Part shown: in pieces, positions 16,272 through 17,482 of the stretch
How the letters are laid out: each line of letters starts with the position of its first letter
Position numbering within the stretch: position 1 is the first letter of the stretch
NCBI GenBank assembly: GCA_037444665.1
Contig: JBBILZ010000048.1
Coordinates: 1 to 17,482, forward strand
DNA: 17,482 bases
Direction: 5' to 3'
Source of the DNA: a candidate division WOR-3 bacterium
GTDB taxonomy: Bacteria > Hydrothermota > Tepidihabitantia > SM23-42 > JAOAFX01
The notes under the pieces: generated by a model
Seen by the model: only the letters and a program-made list of their open reading frames with translations
Databases searched by the model: none
Told to the model about the DNA's origin: nothing
Program-made: the position numbers and the translations under genes

Positions 16272-17482
16272 ATGGCAAAGGCAAAGTTTGAGCGAACCAA
16301 GCCGCATGTGAATATTGGGACGATTGGTCATGTGGACCATGGGAAGACCGCATTGACCTCGGCGATTACGAAGGCGTTGGAGAAGAAGAAGTTAGCGAAG
16401 TTTGTCAGTTATGATGAGGTGGCAAAGGCTTCGGAGTCGCAGGGTCGTCGTGATGCGACGAAGATATTGACGATTGCGATTGCGCATGTGGAGTATGAGA
16501 CGGATAAGCGTCATTATGCGCATATTGATTGTCCTGGGCATGCGGATTATATTAAGAATATGATTACGGGTGCGGCGCAGATGGATGGTGCGATATTGGT
16601 GGTGAGTGCGGTGGATGGTCCGATGCCGCAGACGCGTGAGCATATTTTATTAGCGCGGCAGGTGAATGTGCCGGCGATTGTGGTTTTTATCAACAAGGTG
16701 GATGCGGTTACGGATCCGGAGATTTTGGATTTAGTGGAGTTAGAGGTGCGGGAGTTATTGACGAAGTATCAGTTTCCGGGTGAGGAGACGCCGGTGATTC
16801 GGGGTAGTGCGTTAAAGGCGATGCAGGCTGAGGGTGGGGTTGATGACCCTGCTTACAAGTGTATTTGGGAGTTATTGGATGCGGTGGATCGTTTTATTCC
16901 GACGCCGGTGCGAGATGTGGACAAGCCGTTTTTATTAGCGATTGAGGATATTTTTTCGATTACGGGTCGTGGGACAGTGGTGACGGGTAGAGTGGAGCGT
17001 GGTCGGTTATTGCCGGGTGAGGAGGTTGAGATTGTGGGTTTTGGTAAGCAGTTTAAGACGGTGGCGACGAGTTTGGAGATGTTTCGTAAGACATTGGATA
17101 GTGCGGATGCGGGTGATAATGTTGGGATCTTGTTGCGGGGTGTGGGTAAGGATGAGGTTTATCGTGGGATGGTGGTGAGTAAGCCTGGTTCAATACATCC
17201 GCATCATCGGTTTAATGCTGAGGTTTATGTTTTGAAGAAGGAGGAGGGTGGTCGGCATACTCCGTTTTTCAATGGTTATCGGCCGCAGTTTTATATGCGG
17301 ACTACGGATGTGACGGGTGTGGTGAAGTTGCCTGAGGGTGTGGAGATGGTGATGCCTGGTGATAATGCGAATTTAGAGGTGGAGTTGATTACGCCGGTGG
17401 CGATTGAGCAGGGTTTACGGTTTGCAATTCGTGAAGGTGGTAAGACGGTCGGTGCAGGCGTCGTAACAAAAATAATAGAATA
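16272..17482 (+). CDS. tuf: Elongation factor Tu (403 codons; probable stop codon cut by the window edge)
   Basis: [45 protein letters not shown]-terminal [21 protein letters not shown] followed by TA; missing from the ORF track because no complete stop is in the window. Confidence 0.99.
   Translation, partial: MAKAKFERTKPHVNIGTIGHVDHGKTALTSAITKALEKKKLAKFVSYDEVAKASESQGRRDATKILTIAIAHVEYETDKRHYAHIDCPGHADYIKNMITGAAQMDGAILVVSAVDGPMPQTREHILLARQVNVPAIVVFINKVDAVTDPEILDLVELEVRELLTKYQFPGEETPVIRGSALKAMQAEGGVDDPAYKCIWELLDAVDRFIPTPVRDVDKPFLLAIEDIFSITGRGTVVTGRVERGRLLPGEEVEIVGFGKQFKTVATSLEMFRKTLDSADAGDNVGILLRGVGKDEVYRGMVVSKPGSIHPHHRFNAEVYVLKKEEGGRHTPFFNGYRPQFYMRTTDVTGVVKLPEGVEMVMPGDNANLEVELITPVAIEQGLRFAIREGGKTVGAGVVTKIIE

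Noticed and set aside
12025..16643. Short ORFs 12025-12237, 13298-13486, 14808-15095, 15997-16194 and 16392-16643
   Set aside because: Overlap or run antisense to supported genes, the DUF4438 relic or tuf; no independent evidence.

Overview
AT-rich bacterial window with two halves. Left (1-10278, minus strand): a type I-B CRISPR-Cas locus in the order cas8b-cas7b-cas5b-cas3-cas6b-[ArsR-type HTH, truncated P-loop ORF]-cas1-cas2-cas4-leader-array. The array has 37-bp repeats ending ATTGAAAC and runs off the left edge. A ~700-bp intergenic region (10279-10985) holds divergent promoters, REP-like palindromes, a 46-bp palindrome and mini-ORFs. Right (plus strand): tRNA-Ala(GGC), a TPR lipoprotein, a DUF4845-like protein, an HNH nuclease, a POTRA/Omp85-like protein, a Wzi-like outer-membrane protein, a DUF4438 gene relic and tuf (EF-Tu with a divergent switch I, suggesting an FCB-related or candidate-phylum diderm). 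Most notable: a cysteine-free ArsR-family gene bracketed by exact 37-bp direct repeats that look like promoter/operator sites, sitting between the effector and adaptation genes; a Walker-A ORF in frame with cas1 across a TAG; an internal Cas11 start in cas8b; and a 75-codon in-frame continuation of cas8b past a single TAA. Family assignments are from motif recognition only; no searches were run.
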